A stretch of 64,000 nucleotides of DNA from Escherichia coli (lineage in GTDB: Bacteria > Pseudomonadota > Gammaproteobacteria > Enterobacterales > Enterobacteriaceae): NCBI RefSeq assembly GCF_003334335.1, contig NZ_QOWQ01000003.1. One strand, given 5' to 3'. Positions within the stretch are counted from its first letter, which is position 1. Each line of letters starts with the position of its first letter. The translations under genes were made by a program, and so were the position numbers. A model generated the notes under the pieces. That model worked only from the letters and a program-made list of their open reading frames with translations. It had not been told where the DNA came from and searched no databases. Shown in pieces: positions 1 to 18,883 of the stretch.

Positions 1-2342
<2,342 letters not shown>

Positions 2343-2672
2343 TCTGTGTTGCACACAGTTATCTGTGAGAAACCCATGGAAGAGAAATGGAAATAAAAAG
2401 AACTGACACCGCGATCAAAAAACCAAAAACTGCAATACCCACAGCGTGATATAGATCGCATTAATCTTTAAAACAGCGTTGACAGAAGCCATAAAATAAG
2501 CAACCGAACGTTCGTTCGAGCGTATTGGGAACGATAAACTCTCATGACATATGGCTACAGTGAATATTTTGGGGGGAATTCTCCGAAGCCGGGAAGGATA
2601 ATTTTTGCACAGAGAAATTACGATATGAAACGCGGGCACAGTTATCACCAGCCCGCCGAAAAAGAGAGAGAA

Positions 2673-3263
2673 TCAGGATGCGGTTAAGATACCGCCAATC
2701 ATCGCGCGTAATCCCTGAGCAAACGACGCTTCACGCGCCAGGTCTTCCGCTTCGATATCGGCCAGTACACCGTAGGTCAGATCCAGCAGTAAACGTGAAG
2801 TCATTGCCGTGTTGATGTCTGGGCTTATCTCGCCTTTTTGCTGGGCATCACGCATCCGCTGGGCAACAAATTCCGTGATCGTCATATGCTTATTTTTAAG
2901 CATGGCGGCGACCTGTGGGTTACGCATCCCTTCCGCCATAATTTCAACCACCAGCGCCCGTTGTCCAAAGGCTTCATGGGTGAGAGAGACAATGGACTCG
3001 ACCATATAGTCAACGAAATGAATCCCTTCAATCGGTTCCCGGAAACGGGCCAGCGCCCTCTCCTGGTCCTGTAAGATAATCGCCTGAATCAAGGCTTCTT
3101 TGGAGATGAAATGGTGATAGAGCGTCCCGGGACTAATGGCGCAAGATTTACAGATGGCTTTCATCGAGGCACTGTGAAATCCATTTTCTGAAAAAATCTC
3201 TCTGGCAGCATTGAGGATCCGGGTCCGTGTCGGTTGTGCTTCAGTCTGCATGTTATCCATCAT
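2673..3263 (-). CDS. uidR: TetR-family repressor of the uid operon, 196 aa
   Basis: Track ORF 2673..3263 (-), 196 aa, with an N-terminal TetR-type helix-turn-helix; position upstream of uidA. Confidence 0.93.
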   Translation of the reverse strand: MMDNMQTEAQPTRTRILNAAREIFSENGFHSASMKAICKSCAISPGTLYHHFISKEALIQAIILQDQERALARFREPIEGIHFVDYMVESIVSLTHEAFGQRALVVEIMAEGMRNPQVAAMLKNKHMTITEFVAQRMRDAQQKGEISPDINTAMTSRLLLDLTYGVLADIEAEDLAREASFAQGLRAMIGGILTAS

Positions 3264-3376
3264 TAAACCATTATAGTTAGCGTGAATAACTAGTTTACCG
3301 CGTTGTCAGGTGAGCGCCTATCATTGCTGTTGAATAGTGCGAAGGCACACTCTATTCGTATACTTTTCACTCTGAA

Positions 3377-3390
3377 ATTGGTTAACCAAT
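3377..3390. promoter_or_regulatory. Palindrome ATTGGTTAACCAAT upstream of uidR (candidate autoregulatory UidR operator)
   Basis: Perfect 14-bp palindrome seen directly in the uidR 5' region; same core as the site at 2331-2342. Confidence 0.45.
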
Positions 3391-3483
3391 AGCCGTGATT
3401 TGGCTGCCAGTTATTTAGCAGAGACGTTGATGAGTTTATCCCGGTAAACAACACGCACGGTTGTTTACCGGTCCGTTAGTGTA

Positions 3484-4251
3484 TTAATTGAGCTCCTGTA
3501 CCCCACCACCGGAGACGGTGAGAATTTGTCCGCTTACCCAGCTCGCAGCAGGCGAGCAAAGGAACAGCGCTGCGTTAGCAATATCTTGCGGTTGGCCCAG
3601 ACGTCTGATCGGCGTGTGCTGTAACATTTTTTGTTCAATTTCTGGTGTAATAACGGATTTCAGGGCATCGGTTAATATTGCCCCCGGCGCAATGCCATTT
3701 ACCCGAATATTTTTTTCACCCAGGTCAAACGCCATATTTCTGACCAGATGACTGGCCGCAGCTTTAGATGATGCATAGGAAGTCATGTTTATATTTTTAT
3801 TTTCTGCCGCCATAGAAGTGATGGTCAGAATAACGCCACCGCCATTTTTTTCCATTTCTGGCGCAACAAGTTGTGACAGATGGAAAAAAGAAAACACATT
3901 CAGTTCATAAGCACGGCGAAAATCCGCCATTGGCATATCAAACGGTTTAGGTCCACCGCCACCGGCGTTGTTAACCAGAATATCAACTTTACCCAGCTTA
4001 CTGATAGCAAAGTCTGCCAGTGCAGAGAGTTCCTGTTCGGAAGTAATATCACAACGGCAGGCAAATGCCTGACCACCCAGTTGTTGAATTTCGTCTACAA
4101 CATGGTTAGCTGCGTCGGCGTTAATATCACTGACCACCACAGATGCGCCAGCTGTCGCGAATGTAATGGCGATTTCTTTACCAATACCTGCACCCGCACC
4201 TGTGATGATGGCGCATTTTCCGTCGAGTCTCAGGTTGTCAGAATTAAACAC
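3484..4251 (-). CDS. hdhA: 7-alpha-hydroxysteroid dehydrogenase (short-chain dehydrogenase/reductase), 255 aa
   Basis: Track ORF 255 aa with the SDR glycine-rich NAD-binding motif TGAGAGIG and a YxxxK catalytic motif (YASSK); synteny. Confidence 0.93.
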   Translation of the reverse strand: MFNSDNLRLDGKCAIITGAGAGIGKEIAITFATAGASVVVSDINADAANHVVDEIQQLGGQAFACRCDITSEQELSALADFAISKLGKVDILVNNAGGGGPKPFDMPMADFRRAYELNVFSFFHLSQLVAPEMEKNGGGVILTITSMAAENKNINMTSYASSKAAASHLVRNMAFDLGEKNIRVNGIAPGAILTDALKSVITPEIEQKMLQHTPIRRLGQPQDIANAALFLCSPAASWVSGQILTVSGGGVQELN

Positions 4252-4362
4252 ATAAACCTCCTGTGAACTTCAGTAAAAATAAAAGGCACCGCCTGTGTGC
4301 CACATTTTTTATCATTAACCTTGAGGAAAGGACACTACCAGGTATAGCAGATAAAGAGAGGA

Positions 4363-7158
<2,796 letters not shown>

Positions 7159-7167
7159 GGATAAGAT

Positions 7168-8340
7168 ATGTTCGATTTTTCAAAGGTCGTGGATCGTCAT
7201 GGCACATGGTGTACACAGTGGGATTATGTCGCTGACCGTTTCGGCACTGCTGACCTGTTACCGTTCACGATTTCAGACATGGATTTTGCCACTGCCCCCT
7301 GCATTATCGAGGCGCTGAATCAGCGCCTGATGCACGGCGTATTTGGCTACAGCCGCTGGAAAAACGATGAGTTTCTCGCGGCTATTGCCCACTGGTTTTC
7401 CACCCAGCATTACACCGCCATCGATTCTCAGACGGTGGTGTATGGCCCTTCTGTCATCTATATGGTTTCAGAACTGATTCGTCAGTGGTCTGAAACAGGT
7501 GAAGGCGTGGTGATCCACACACCCGCCTATGACGCATTTTACAAGGCCATTGAAGGTAACCAGCGCACAGTAATGCCCGTTGCTTTAGAGAAGCAGGCTG
7601 ATGGTTGGTTTTGCGATATGGGCAAGTTGGAAGCCGTGTTGGCGAAACCAGAATGTAAAATTATGCTCCTGTGTAGCCCACAGAATCCTACCGGGAAAGT
7701 GTGGACGTGCGATGAGCTGGAGATCATGGCTGACCTGTGCGAGCGTCATGGTGTGCGGGTTATTTCCGATGAAATCCATATGGATATGGTTTGGGGCGAG
7801 CAGCCGCATATTCCCTGGAGTAATGTGGCTCGCGGAGACTGGGCGTTGCTAACGTCGGGCTCGAAAAGTTTCAATATTCCCGCCCTGACCGGTGCTTACG
7901 GGATTATAGAAAATAGCAGTAGCCGCGATGCCTATTTATCGGCACTGAAAGGCCGTGATGGGCTTTCTTCCCCTTCGGTACTGGCGTTAACTGCCCATAT
8001 CGCCGCCTATCAGCAAGGCGCGCCGTGGCTGGATGCCTTACGCATCTATCTGAAAGATAACCTGACGTATATCGCAGATAAAATGAACGCCGCGTTTCCT
8101 GAACTCAACTGGCAGATCCCACAATCCACTTATCTGGCATGGCTTGATTTACGTCCGTTGAATATTGACGACAACGCGTTGCAAAAAGCACTTATCGAAC
8201 AAGAAAAAGTCGCGATCATGCCGGGGTATACCTACGGTGAAGAAGGTCGTGGTTTTGTCCGTCTCAATGCCGGCTGCCCACGTTCGAAACTGGAAAAAGG
8301 TGTGGCTGGATTAATTAACGCCATCCGCGCTGTTCGTTAA
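7168..8340 (+). CDS. malY: PLP-dependent cystathionine beta-lyase / MalT-interacting protein MalY, 390 aa
   Basis: Track ORF 390 aa, aminotransferase class I/II fold; immediately downstream of malX. Confidence 0.94.
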   Translation: MFDFSKVVDRHGTWCTQWDYVADRFGTADLLPFTISDMDFATAPCIIEALNQRLMHGVFGYSRWKNDEFLAAIAHWFSTQHYTAIDSQTVVYGPSVIYMVSELIRQWSETGEGVVIHTPAYDAFYKAIEGNQRTVMPVALEKQADGWFCDMGKLEAVLAKPECKIMLLCSPQNPTGKVWTCDELEIMADLCERHGVRVISDEIHMDMVWGEQPHIPWSNVARGDWALLTSGSKSFNIPALTGAYGIIENSSSRDAYLSALKGRDGLSSPSVLALTAHIAAYQQGAPWLDALRIYLKDNLTYIADKMNAAFPELNWQIPQSTYLAWLDLRPLNIDDNALQKALIEQEKVAIMPGYTYGEEGRGFVRLNAGCPRSKLEKGVAGLINAIRAVR

Positions 8341-8443
8341 CCCCAATTGCGCAACGTAAAAAATCGTTGCGCAATCGTGGATTTTTACCCTGCTTTGTTT
8401 TTATAATGGTGCGCACTTTTATATCCAGAAAAAGAGTGCGACC

Positions 8444-9445
8444 ATGATTGATACCACCCTGCCATTAACTGATATCCATCGCCACCTTGATGGCAACATT
8501 CGTCCCCAGACCATTCTTGAACTTGGCCGCCAGTATAATATCTCGCTTCCTGCACAATCCCTGGAAACACTGATTCCCCACGTTCAGGTCATTGCCAACG
8601 AACCCGATCTGGTGAGCTTTCTGACCAAACTTGACTGGGGCGTTAAAGTTCTCGCCTCTCTTGATGCCTGTCGCCGCGTGGCATTTGAAAACATTGAAGA
8701 TGCAGCCCGTCACGGCCTGCACTATGTCGAGCTGCGTTTTTCACCAGGCTACATGGCAATGGCACATCAGCTGCCTGTAGCGGGTGTTGTCGAAGCGGTG
8801 ATCGATGGCGTACGTGAAGGTTGCCGCACCTTTGGTGTGCAGGCGAAGCTTATCGGCATTATGAGCCGGACCTTCGGCGAAGCCGCCTGTCAGCAAGAGC
8901 TGGAGGCCTTTTTAGCCCACCGTGACCAGATTACCGCACTTGATTTAGCCGGTGATGAACTTGGTTTCCCGGGAAGTCTGTTCCTTTCTCACTTCAACCG
9001 CGCGCGTGATGCGGGCTGGCATATTACCGTCCATGCAGGCGAAGCTGCCGGGCCGGAAAGCATCTGGCAGGCGATTCGTGAACTGGGTGCGGAGCGTATT
9101 GGACATGGCGTAAAAGCCATTGAAGATCGGGCGCTGATGGATTTTCTCGCCGAGCAACAAATTGGTATTGAATCCTGTCTGACCTCCAATATTCAGACCA
9201 GCACCGTAGCAGAGCTGGCTGCACATCCGCTGAAAACGTTCCTTGAGCATGGCATTCGTGCCAGCATTAACACTGACGATCCCGGCGTACAGGGAGTGGA
9301 TATCATTCACGAATATACCGTTGCCGCGCCAGCTGCTGGGTTATCCCGCGAGCAAATCCGCCAGGCACAGATTAATGGTCTGGAAATGGCTTTCCTCAGC
9401 GCTGAGGAAAAACGCGCACTGCGAGAAAAAGTCGCCGCGAAGTAA
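8444..9445 (+). CDS. add: Adenosine deaminase, 333 aa
   Basis: Track ORF 333 aa recognised as E. coli adenosine deaminase (metal-dependent hydrolase; N-terminal HRHLDG). Confidence 0.95.
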
Positions 9446-9449
9446 CAAA

Positions 9450-9480
9450 ATGGATGGTGCAAATGCACCATCCATTTTTC
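9450..9480. terminator. Bidirectional intrinsic terminator hairpin between convergent add and ydgJ
   Basis: Inverted repeat ATGGATGGTGCA/TGCACCATCCAT flanked by A-run and T-run, seen directly. Confidence 0.7.
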
Positions 9481-10519
9481 ATGCAAGGCACAAAGTCGCG
9501 CGATGTTTGGCGGATTCGATGCCCAGCTCAATCAACTCCATTACCTGGATTGCCTGGCTTGCCGGAACCGGATTTTCACCATCGCCATTTAACGCATCAC
9601 GAATAGCCGCATAGTAAGCCGGATAATTCCCAGGCACCGTCAACAGCGTTTCTTCGACACGTTCCTCACCTTCCACGCGGGTAAGTACGCCATCACGCAT
9701 ATCGTAGCCCCAGTCTTCCTGCGGTAGACGCTCGCCATTTTTCAGACGTTCTTCCTGTGGATCGAGGCCATATTTCACATAACTGCCTCGGGATCCATGC
9801 ACGATATACCGTGCTGACTCAGCGGCTGCCAGCATGGTACCGTGTAAAATGACTCGCCGCTGTGGATAGGACAAGATGGCGTGGAAATAATCGGTCGACT
9901 GCGCTCCGGGCCGTAACTGTGCCAAATCTACCGTCATGCTGACCGGTAAACCAAAAAGCGTAATGGCCTGATCAAGAAGATGTGGTGCTAAATCGTACCA
10001 GATACCGCTGCCTGGGCCGCCCTGTTCACGCCAACGATCGCGCACCTGCGGACGGAAGCGGTCAAAATGAGACTCAAAGTAAGCAACTTCACCCAGCACG
10101 CCTTCCGCGAGTAAACCTTTTAGCGTCAAGAAATCGCTATCCCAGCGACGGTTATGGAATACAGACAGCACACGCCCCAGGCTTTTTGCCAGCGCATCCA
10201 GCTCTCGCGCTTGTGACAGTGTCACGGTAAAGGGTTTATCAACGACCACATGTTTACCCGCCTCAAGCGCCGCTTTGGCTAACGGTAAATGGGTATCGTT
10301 GGGTGTAGGAATGACAATCAGGTCTATGTTGGGATCGTTAAACAGATGCTTCGGCTCAGAGACAACCGTAACCGTTGGCCAGTCGGCTTTTACTTTTGTT
10401 TCATCACTGCTGGAGATTACCGCCAGTTCCAGCCCGGGCGTGCCCGCAATCAGGGGCGCATGGAAGGTTTTGCTCGCATAACCATACCCAATCAACCCAA
10501 CACGGATGTTGTCGCTCAT
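9479..10519 (-). CDS. ydgJ: Gfo/Idh/MocA-family NAD(P)-dependent oxidoreductase YdgJ, 346 aa
   Basis: Track ORF 359 aa trimmed to the internal ATG at 10519 (MSDNIRVGLIGYGYASKTFH..., Rossmann motif). Confidence 0.9.
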   Translation of the reverse strand: MSDNIRVGLIGYGYASKTFHAPLIAGTPGLELAVISSSDETKVKADWPTVTVVSEPKHLFNDPNIDLIVIPTPNDTHLPLAKAALEAGKHVVVDKPFTVTLSQARELDALAKSLGRVLSVFHNRRWDSDFLTLKGLLAEGVLGEVAYFESHFDRFRPQVRDRWREQGGPGSGIWYDLAPHLLDQAITLFGLPVSMTVDLAQLRPGAQSTDYFHAILSYPQRRVILHGTMLAAAESARYIVHGSRGSYVKYGLDPQEERLKNGERLPQEDWGYDMRDGVLTRVEGEERVEETLLTVPGNYPAYYAAIRDALNGDGENPVPASQAIQVMELIELGIESAKHRATLCLA

Positions 10520-10761
10520 GTCATTGCCTCTCATTGAAGTATGATGGCTATTTGACACTATCCTTTACCCACGCTCAACAGTTTAATAACCTGCCAGCAA
10601 TAAGGGATGTTGTTTAACTTAAGTCAAAAAAATAGCGAATTTTCCAACGACAAAAGCTAAATATCGCAAAAACCTCAGTAAAAATCTTGCTGGAGCTATT
10701 ATTGCTAAGTAACATTTACCCCCTGAAGTTAATGGATCAATCAAGAGAGATGTGGGCTGTA

Positions 10762-10887
10762 ATGAATCGTCTTATTGAATTAACAGGTTGGATCGTTCTT
10801 GTCGTTTCAGTCATTCTTCTTGGCGTGGCGAGTCACATTGACAACTATCAGCCACCTGAACAGAGTGCTTCGGTACAACACAAGTAA
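10762..10887 (+). CDS. blr: Small membrane protein Blr (beta-lactam resistance / divisome-associated), 41 aa
   Basis: ATG at 10762 within track ORF 10687..10887; MNRLIELTGWIVLVVSVILLGVASHIDNYQPPEQSASVQHK is a single transmembrane segment. Confidence 0.85.
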   Translation: MNRLIELTGWIVLVVSVILLGVASHIDNYQPPEQSASVQHK

Positions 10888-11159
10888 GCTCTGCACTTGT
10901 GGAGCGACATGCTGCCCGTCCGGGTGCATGTTTTCACTTGTCGGATATTAAACCAGGAATTTATTATCTTGTTCGATGTTGTTGGTGATTGTCAGGGATA
11001 GTAAAGCGCGTTACTCTTTTCAGAGCAGTTTTTCATCCCTGAATATTTGCCATCAGCGCATTCTTATTATTGTAATAACACAAGCGTTCACTTTTGGTGA
11101 AATTTTATCATCACTAATAATACCTACCCCTTTGGTATTAATTATTTTATGGACCTTTT

Positions 11160-11375
11160 ATGACTGTTCAGGACTACTTATTAAAATTTCGCAAAATCAG
11201 TTCACTCGAAAGTCTGGAAAAACTCTACGACCATCTTAATTACACCCTGACGGACGATCAGGAACTGATCAATATGTATCGTGCTGCCGATCACCGTCGC
11301 GCAGAGCTGGTTTCTGGCGGGCGTTTGTTTGACCTCGGCCAGGTACCGAAGTCCGTCTGGCACTATGTCCAATAA
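11160..11375 (+). CDS. cnu: Hha-family nucleoid-associated regulator Cnu (YdgT), 71 aa
   Basis: Track ORF 71 aa recognised as Cnu/YdgT ([26 protein letters not shown]...). Confidence 0.93.
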
Positions 11376-11460
11376 AGAAAGTAGCGATCGGTTATAAAAG
11401 CCTTATAATAACGCCCCTAAAATTAGATTTGCCTGTTTGCGTCGCTATTCTGGAGAACCT

Positions 11461-11901
11461 ATGACCACCACAACGCCACAACGTATTGGAGGCTGGTTGC
11501 TTGGCCCGTTGGCCTGGCTTTTAGTCGCTCTGTTGAGTACGACGCTGGCGTTGTTGCTGTATACCGCTGCGTTATCTTCTCCGCAAACATTTCAAACGCT
11601 CGGCGGACAAGCACTGACGACACAAATCTTATGGGGCGTTTCTTTTATTACCGCTATCGCCTTGTGGTATTACACACTGTGGTTGACCATCGCTTTCTTT
11701 AAACGTCGGCGTTGTGTTCCTAAACACTATATTATCTGGCTGCTTATTTCCGTATTGCTGGCAGTAAAAGCATTCGCTTTTTCACCCGTGGAAGATGGCA
11801 TAGCCGTTCGCCAGTTGCTGTTTACTTTGTTGGCAACCGCATTGATCGTCCCCTATTTCAAACGCTCGTCGCGGGTAAAAGCGACGTTTGTGAATCCGTA
11901 A
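11461..11901 (+). CDS. ydgK: Inner-membrane protein YdgK, 146 aa
   Basis: Track ORF 154 aa trimmed to the ATG at 11461; hydrophobic multi-TM protein; synteny upstream of rsxA. Confidence 0.85.
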   Translation: MTTTTPQRIGGWLLGPLAWLLVALLSTTLALLLYTAALSSPQTFQTLGGQALTTQILWGVSFITAIALWYYTLWLTIAFFKRRRCVPKHYIIWLLISVLLAVKAFAFSPVEDGIAVRQLLFTLLATALIVPYFKRSSRVKATFVNP

Positions 11902-11977
11902 TAACCTTACAGTTAACCTGTTGTCGCCTGCTCTGGATTAACGGATAATAGGCGGCTTTTTTATTTCAGGCCGAAAA

Positions 11978-12558
11978 ATGACTGACTACCTGTTACTGTT
12001 TGTCGGAACTGTACTGGTCAATAACTTTGTACTGGTCAAGTTTCTCGGTCTCTGTCCGTTTATGGGGGTTTCCAAAAAACTGGAAACCGCGATGGGCATG
12101 GGGCTGGCAACAACGTTTGTGATGACGCTGGCGTCTATTTGCGCCTGGCTTATCGATACGTGGATTTTGATCCCACTTAATCTGATTTACCTGCGCACCC
12201 TGGCATTTATTCTGGTGATTGCTGTGGTCGTGCAGTTCACCGAGATGGTGGTGCGCAAAACCAGCCCGGTGCTTTACCGTCTGCTGGGGATTTTTTTGCC
12301 GCTTATCACCACCAACTGTGCAGTGCTCGGCGTGGCGTTGCTGAATATCAATCTCGGGCACAATTTCTTGCAGTCGGCGCTGTACGGTTTTTCCGCCGCT
12401 GTCGGTTTCTCGCTGGTGATGGTGCTCTTCGCCGCCATCCGCGAACGCCTTGCTGTGGCTGATGTCCCGGCACCTTTTCGCGGTAATGCCATTGCGTTAA
12501 TTACCGCAGGTCTTATGTCTCTGGCCTTTATGGGCTTTAGTGGTTTGGTGAAGTTGTA

Positions 12559-12559
<1 letters not shown>
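11978..12559 (+). CDS. rsxA: Rsx/Rnf complex subunit A (SoxR-reducing system), 193 aa
   Basis: Track ORF 193 aa, polytopic membrane protein, first gene of rsxABCDGE. Confidence 0.95.
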
Positions 12560-15256
<2,697 letters not shown>

Positions 15257-16315
15257 ATGGTATTCAGAATAGCTAGCTCCCCTTATACCCATAACCAGCG
15301 CCAGACATCGCGCATTATGCTGTTGGTGTTGCTCGCAGCCGTGCCAGGAATCGCAGCGCAACTGTGGTTTTTTGGTTGGGGTACTCTCGTTCAGATCCTG
15401 TTGGCATCGGTTAGTGCTCTGTTAGCCGAAGCTCTCGTACTCAAACTACGCAAGCAGTCGGTAGCCGCAACGTTGAAAGATAACTCAGCATTGCTGACAG
15501 GCTTATTGCTGGCGGTAAGTATTCCCCCCCTCGCGCCATGGTGGATGGTCGTGCTGGGTACGGTGTTTGCGGTGATCATCGCTAAACAGTTGTATGGCGG
15601 TCTGGGACAAAACCCGTTTAATCCGGCAATGATTGGTTATGTGGTCTTACTGATCTCCTTCCCCGTGCAGATGACCAGCTGGTTACCGCCACATGAAATT
15701 GCGGTCAACATCCCTGGTTTTATCGACGCCATCCAGGTTATTTTTAGCGGTCATACCGCCAGTGGTGGTGATATGAACACACTACGCTTAGGTATTGATG
15801 GCATTAGTCAGGCGACACCGCTGGATACATTTAAAACCTCTGTCCGTGCCGGTCATTCGGTTGAACAGATTATGCAATATCCGATCTACAGCGGTATTCT
15901 GGCGGGCGCTGGTTGGCAATGGGTAAATCTCGCCTGGCTGGCTGGCGGCGTATGGTTGCTATGGCAGAAAGCGATTCGCTGGCATATTCCCCTCAGCTTC
16001 TTAGTAACGCTGGCGTTATGCGCAATGTTGGGCTGGTTGTTCTCACCAGAAACACTGGCAGCACCGCAAATTCATCTGCTGTCTGGAGCGACCATGCTCG
16101 GCGCATTCTTTATTTTGACTGACCCGGTTACCGCTTCTACGACCAATCGTGGTCGTCTTATTTTCGGCGCGCTTGCGGGCTTATTAGTCTGGTTGATCCG
16201 CAGTTTCGGCGGCTATCCTGACGGCGTGGCTTTTGCCGTCCTGCTGGCGAACATCACGGTTCCTCTGATCGATTACTACACGCGTCCGCGCGTCTACGGC
16301 CATCGCAAAGGGTAA
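15257..16315 (+). CDS. rsxD: Rsx/Rnf complex subunit D, 352 aa
   Basis: Track ORF 352 aa, membrane protein (NqrB/RnfD-like); operon position. Confidence 0.95.
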   Translation: MVFRIASSPYTHNQRQTSRIMLLVLLAAVPGIAAQLWFFGWGTLVQILLASVSALLAEALVLKLRKQSVAATLKDNSALLTGLLLAVSIPPLAPWWMVVLGTVFAVIIAKQLYGGLGQNPFNPAMIGYVVLLISFPVQMTSWLPPHEIAVNIPGFIDAIQVIFSGHTASGGDMNTLRLGIDGISQATPLDTFKTSVRAGHSVEQIMQYPIYSGILAGAGWQWVNLAWLAGGVWLLWQKAIRWHIPLSFLVTLALCAMLGWLFSPETLAAPQIHLLSGATMLGAFFILTDPVTASTTNRGRLIFGALAGLLVWLIRSFGGYPDGVAFAVLLANITVPLIDYYTRPRVYGHRKG

Positions 16316-16318
16316 ACC

Positions 16319-16939
16319 ATGCTGAAAACTATCCGAAAACACGGCATTACGTTGGCGCTATTTGCAGCGGGTTCAACAGGGTTAACTGCGGCCATCAACC
16401 AGATGACCAAAACGACGATTGCTGAACAGGCCAGTCTGCAACAAAAGGCGTTATTTGATCAGGTGCTGCCAGCCGAACGCTATAACAATGCGCTGGCACA
16501 GAGTTGCTATCTGGTAACTGCGCCAGAGTTAGGTAAAGGTGAGCATCGGGTTTACATCGCCAAACAGGATGACAAACCGGTAGCCGCCGTTCTGGAAGCA
16601 ACCGCGCCAGATGGCTATTCCGGTGCGATTCAGCTGCTGGTGGGAGCCGATTTTAACGGCACGGTACTTGGCACGCGCGTGACAGAGCACCACGAAACGC
16701 CAGGGCTTGGCGATAAAATCGAACTGCGCCTTTCTGACTGGATCACCCATTTTGCGGGTAAAAAAATCAGTGGTGCAGATGATGCGCACTGGGCGGTGAA
16801 GAAAGATGGTGGTGATTTCGACCAGTTCACCGGCGCGACGATTACTCCCCGCGCGGTGGTTAATGCGGTAAAACGCGCCGGATTGTACGCTCAGACGTTA
16901 CCGGCACAACTTTCTCAACTTCCTGCCTGTGGAGAATAA
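16319..16939 (+). CDS. rsxG: Rsx/Rnf complex subunit G, 206 aa
   Basis: Track ORF 206 aa; operon position. Confidence 0.94.
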   Translation: MLKTIRKHGITLALFAAGSTGLTAAINQMTKTTIAEQASLQQKALFDQVLPAERYNNALAQSCYLVTAPELGKGEHRVYIAKQDDKPVAAVLEATAPDGYSGAIQLLVGADFNGTVLGTRVTEHHETPGLGDKIELRLSDWITHFAGKKISGADDAHWAVKKDGGDFDQFTGATITPRAVVNAVKRAGLYAQTLPAQLSQLPACGE

Positions 16940-16942
16940 AGC

Positions 16943-17638
16943 GTGAGCGAAATTAAAGACGTTATTGTTCAGGGGTTGTGGAAAAACAACTCTGCGCTGG
17001 TCCAGTTGCTCGGCCTTTGTCCTCTGTTGGCGGTCACGTCCACTGCCACTAACGCTCTGGGTTTAGGACTTGCGACTACGCTGGTACTGACGCTGACCAA
17101 CCTGACCATTTCGACGCTGCGTCACTGGACGCCAGCCGAGATCCGCATTCCCATTTACGTGATGATCATCGCCTCGGTGGTCAGCGCTGTACAGATGCTG
17201 ATCAACGCCTACGCCTTTGGCCTGTATCAATCATTAGGGATTTTTATTCCGCTGATTGTCACTAACTGTATCGTTGTGGGCCGCGCTGAAGCCTTCGCCG
17301 CCAAAAAAGGTCCGGCGCTTTCGGCACTGGACGGCTTTTCAATTGGTATGGGCGCAACCTGCGCCATGTTCGTGCTGGGTTCACTACGCGAAATTATCGG
17401 CAATGGCACATTGTTTGACGGTGCAGATGCGCTGTTAGGTAGCTGGGCAAAAGTATTACGCGTGGAGATTTTCCACACCGACTCCCCTTTCCTGCTGGCG
17501 ATGCTGCCACCAGGTGCATTTATTGGCCTGGGACTGATGCTGGCAGGAAAATACCTGATTGATGAAAGAATGAAAAAGCGCCGTGCTGAAGCAGCTGCAG
17601 AACGTGCATTGCCAAACGGTGAAACAGGGAATGTCTGA
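16943..17638 (+). CDS. rsxE: Rsx/Rnf complex subunit E, 231 aa
   Basis: Track ORF 231 aa, membrane protein paralogous to RsxA; stop TGA overlaps the nth ATG (TGATG). Confidence 0.95.
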   Translation: MSEIKDVIVQGLWKNNSALVQLLGLCPLLAVTSTATNALGLGLATTLVLTLTNLTISTLRHWTPAEIRIPIYVMIIASVVSAVQMLINAYAFGLYQSLGIFIPLIVTNCIVVGRAEAFAAKKGPALSALDGFSIGMGATCAMFVLGSLREIIGNGTLFDGADALLGSWAKVLRVEIFHTDSPFLLAMLPPGAFIGLGLMLAGKYLIDERMKKRRAEAAAERALPNGETGNV

Positions 17639-18273
17639 TGAATAAAGCAAAACGCCTGGAGATCCTCACTCGCCTGCGTGAGAACAATCCTCATCCCACC
17701 ACCGAGCTTAATTTCAGTTCGCCTTTTGAATTGCTGATTGCCGTACTGCTTTCCGCTCAGGCGACCGATGTCAGTGTTAATAAGGCGACGGCGAAACTCT
17801 ACCCGGTGGCGAATACGCCTGCAGCGATGCTTGAACTGGGCGTTGAAGGGGTGAAAACCTATATCAAAACGATTGGGCTTTATAACAGCAAAGCAGAAAA
17901 TATCATCAAAACCTGCCGTATCTTGCTGGAGCAGCATAATGGCGAGGTTCCGGAAGATCGTGCTGCGCTTGAAGCCCTGCCCGGCGTAGGTCGTAAAACA
18001 GCCAACGTCGTATTAAACACTGCATTCGGCTGGCCGACTATTGCTGTCGACACGCACATTTTCCGCGTTTGTAATCGTACTCAATTTGCGCCGGGGAAAA
18101 ACGTCGAACAGGTAGAAGAAAAGCTACTGAAAGTGGTTCCAGCAGAGTTTAAAGTCGACTGCCACCATTGGTTGATCCTGCACGGGCGTTATACCTGCAT
18201 TGCCCGCAAGCCCCGCTGTGGCTCTTGTATTATTGAAGATCTTTGTGAATACAAAGAGAAAGTTGACATCTGA
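17638..18273 (+). CDS. nth: Endonuclease III (DNA glycosylase/AP lyase), 211 aa
   Basis: Track ORF 211 aa with a C-terminal 4Fe-4S cluster loop (CIARKPRCGSCIIEDLC). Confidence 0.96.
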   Translation: MNKAKRLEILTRLRENNPHPTTELNFSSPFELLIAVLLSAQATDVSVNKATAKLYPVANTPAAMLELGVEGVKTYIKTIGLYNSKAENIIKTCRILLEQHNGEVPEDRAALEALPGVGRKTANVVLNTAFGWPTIAVDTHIFRVCNRTQFAPGKNVEQVEEKLLKVVPAEFKVDCHHWLILHGRYTCIARKPRCGSCIIEDLCEYKEKVDI

Positions 18274-18883
18274 AGAAAAGGGGTAACACCGATTACCCCA
18301 TTGATAACCTTTCTTTATCCTCTTTTAAAACATCTTTTTAACGTCAATGATGCCATTGCTTAGCGTTATCATCAGGTAATCCGTTTGCGGATAACCAAAA
18401 ATGCAGGTTAATTGTTTTTTTAATAGCGAAATTTTCTATTCATTCGTGATCAAGATCACGATGCTGTCGCAATGTAAAAACATTGCAAGAATCAGGTTAA
18501 AATCATTTAAATTTACACACGCAACAAATATTGACCTACAAAACATTACACTGGCTATTTTTCAGAAACTGGACTATCTCACTAGTAAAAACGCTAAATA
18601 GCAGAACATATCGCCGTTAAGCCATCACCCCCCTCTCAGTGCAGTGAAAAAATCTGCCGTTACGTTTTTTGAAAAATTTAACGCTGGATAACATTTCCCG
18701 GAATGGTTGAATTCCCCGCCTCAGTTATATGTAACAGATTATTACAAAGGACTTGTCTGAAAGTGCAAGATAGTGAACATTACCTGCCGTTTCCCCTCCC
18801 ACTATATCAATTGCGCGTATGTTTTTTATACATAACGCGAGAAAGCACCCCCGTTAATATGGGATGTAAAAAAAGAGGTAAAA

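Noticed and set aside
18401-18601. 66-aa ORF in the nth-dtpA intergenic region as a candidate small protein
   Set aside because: No ribosome-binding site, AT-rich low-complexity translation, and it lies in a region expected to be regulatory DNA; kept only as a note under the intergenic-region finding.
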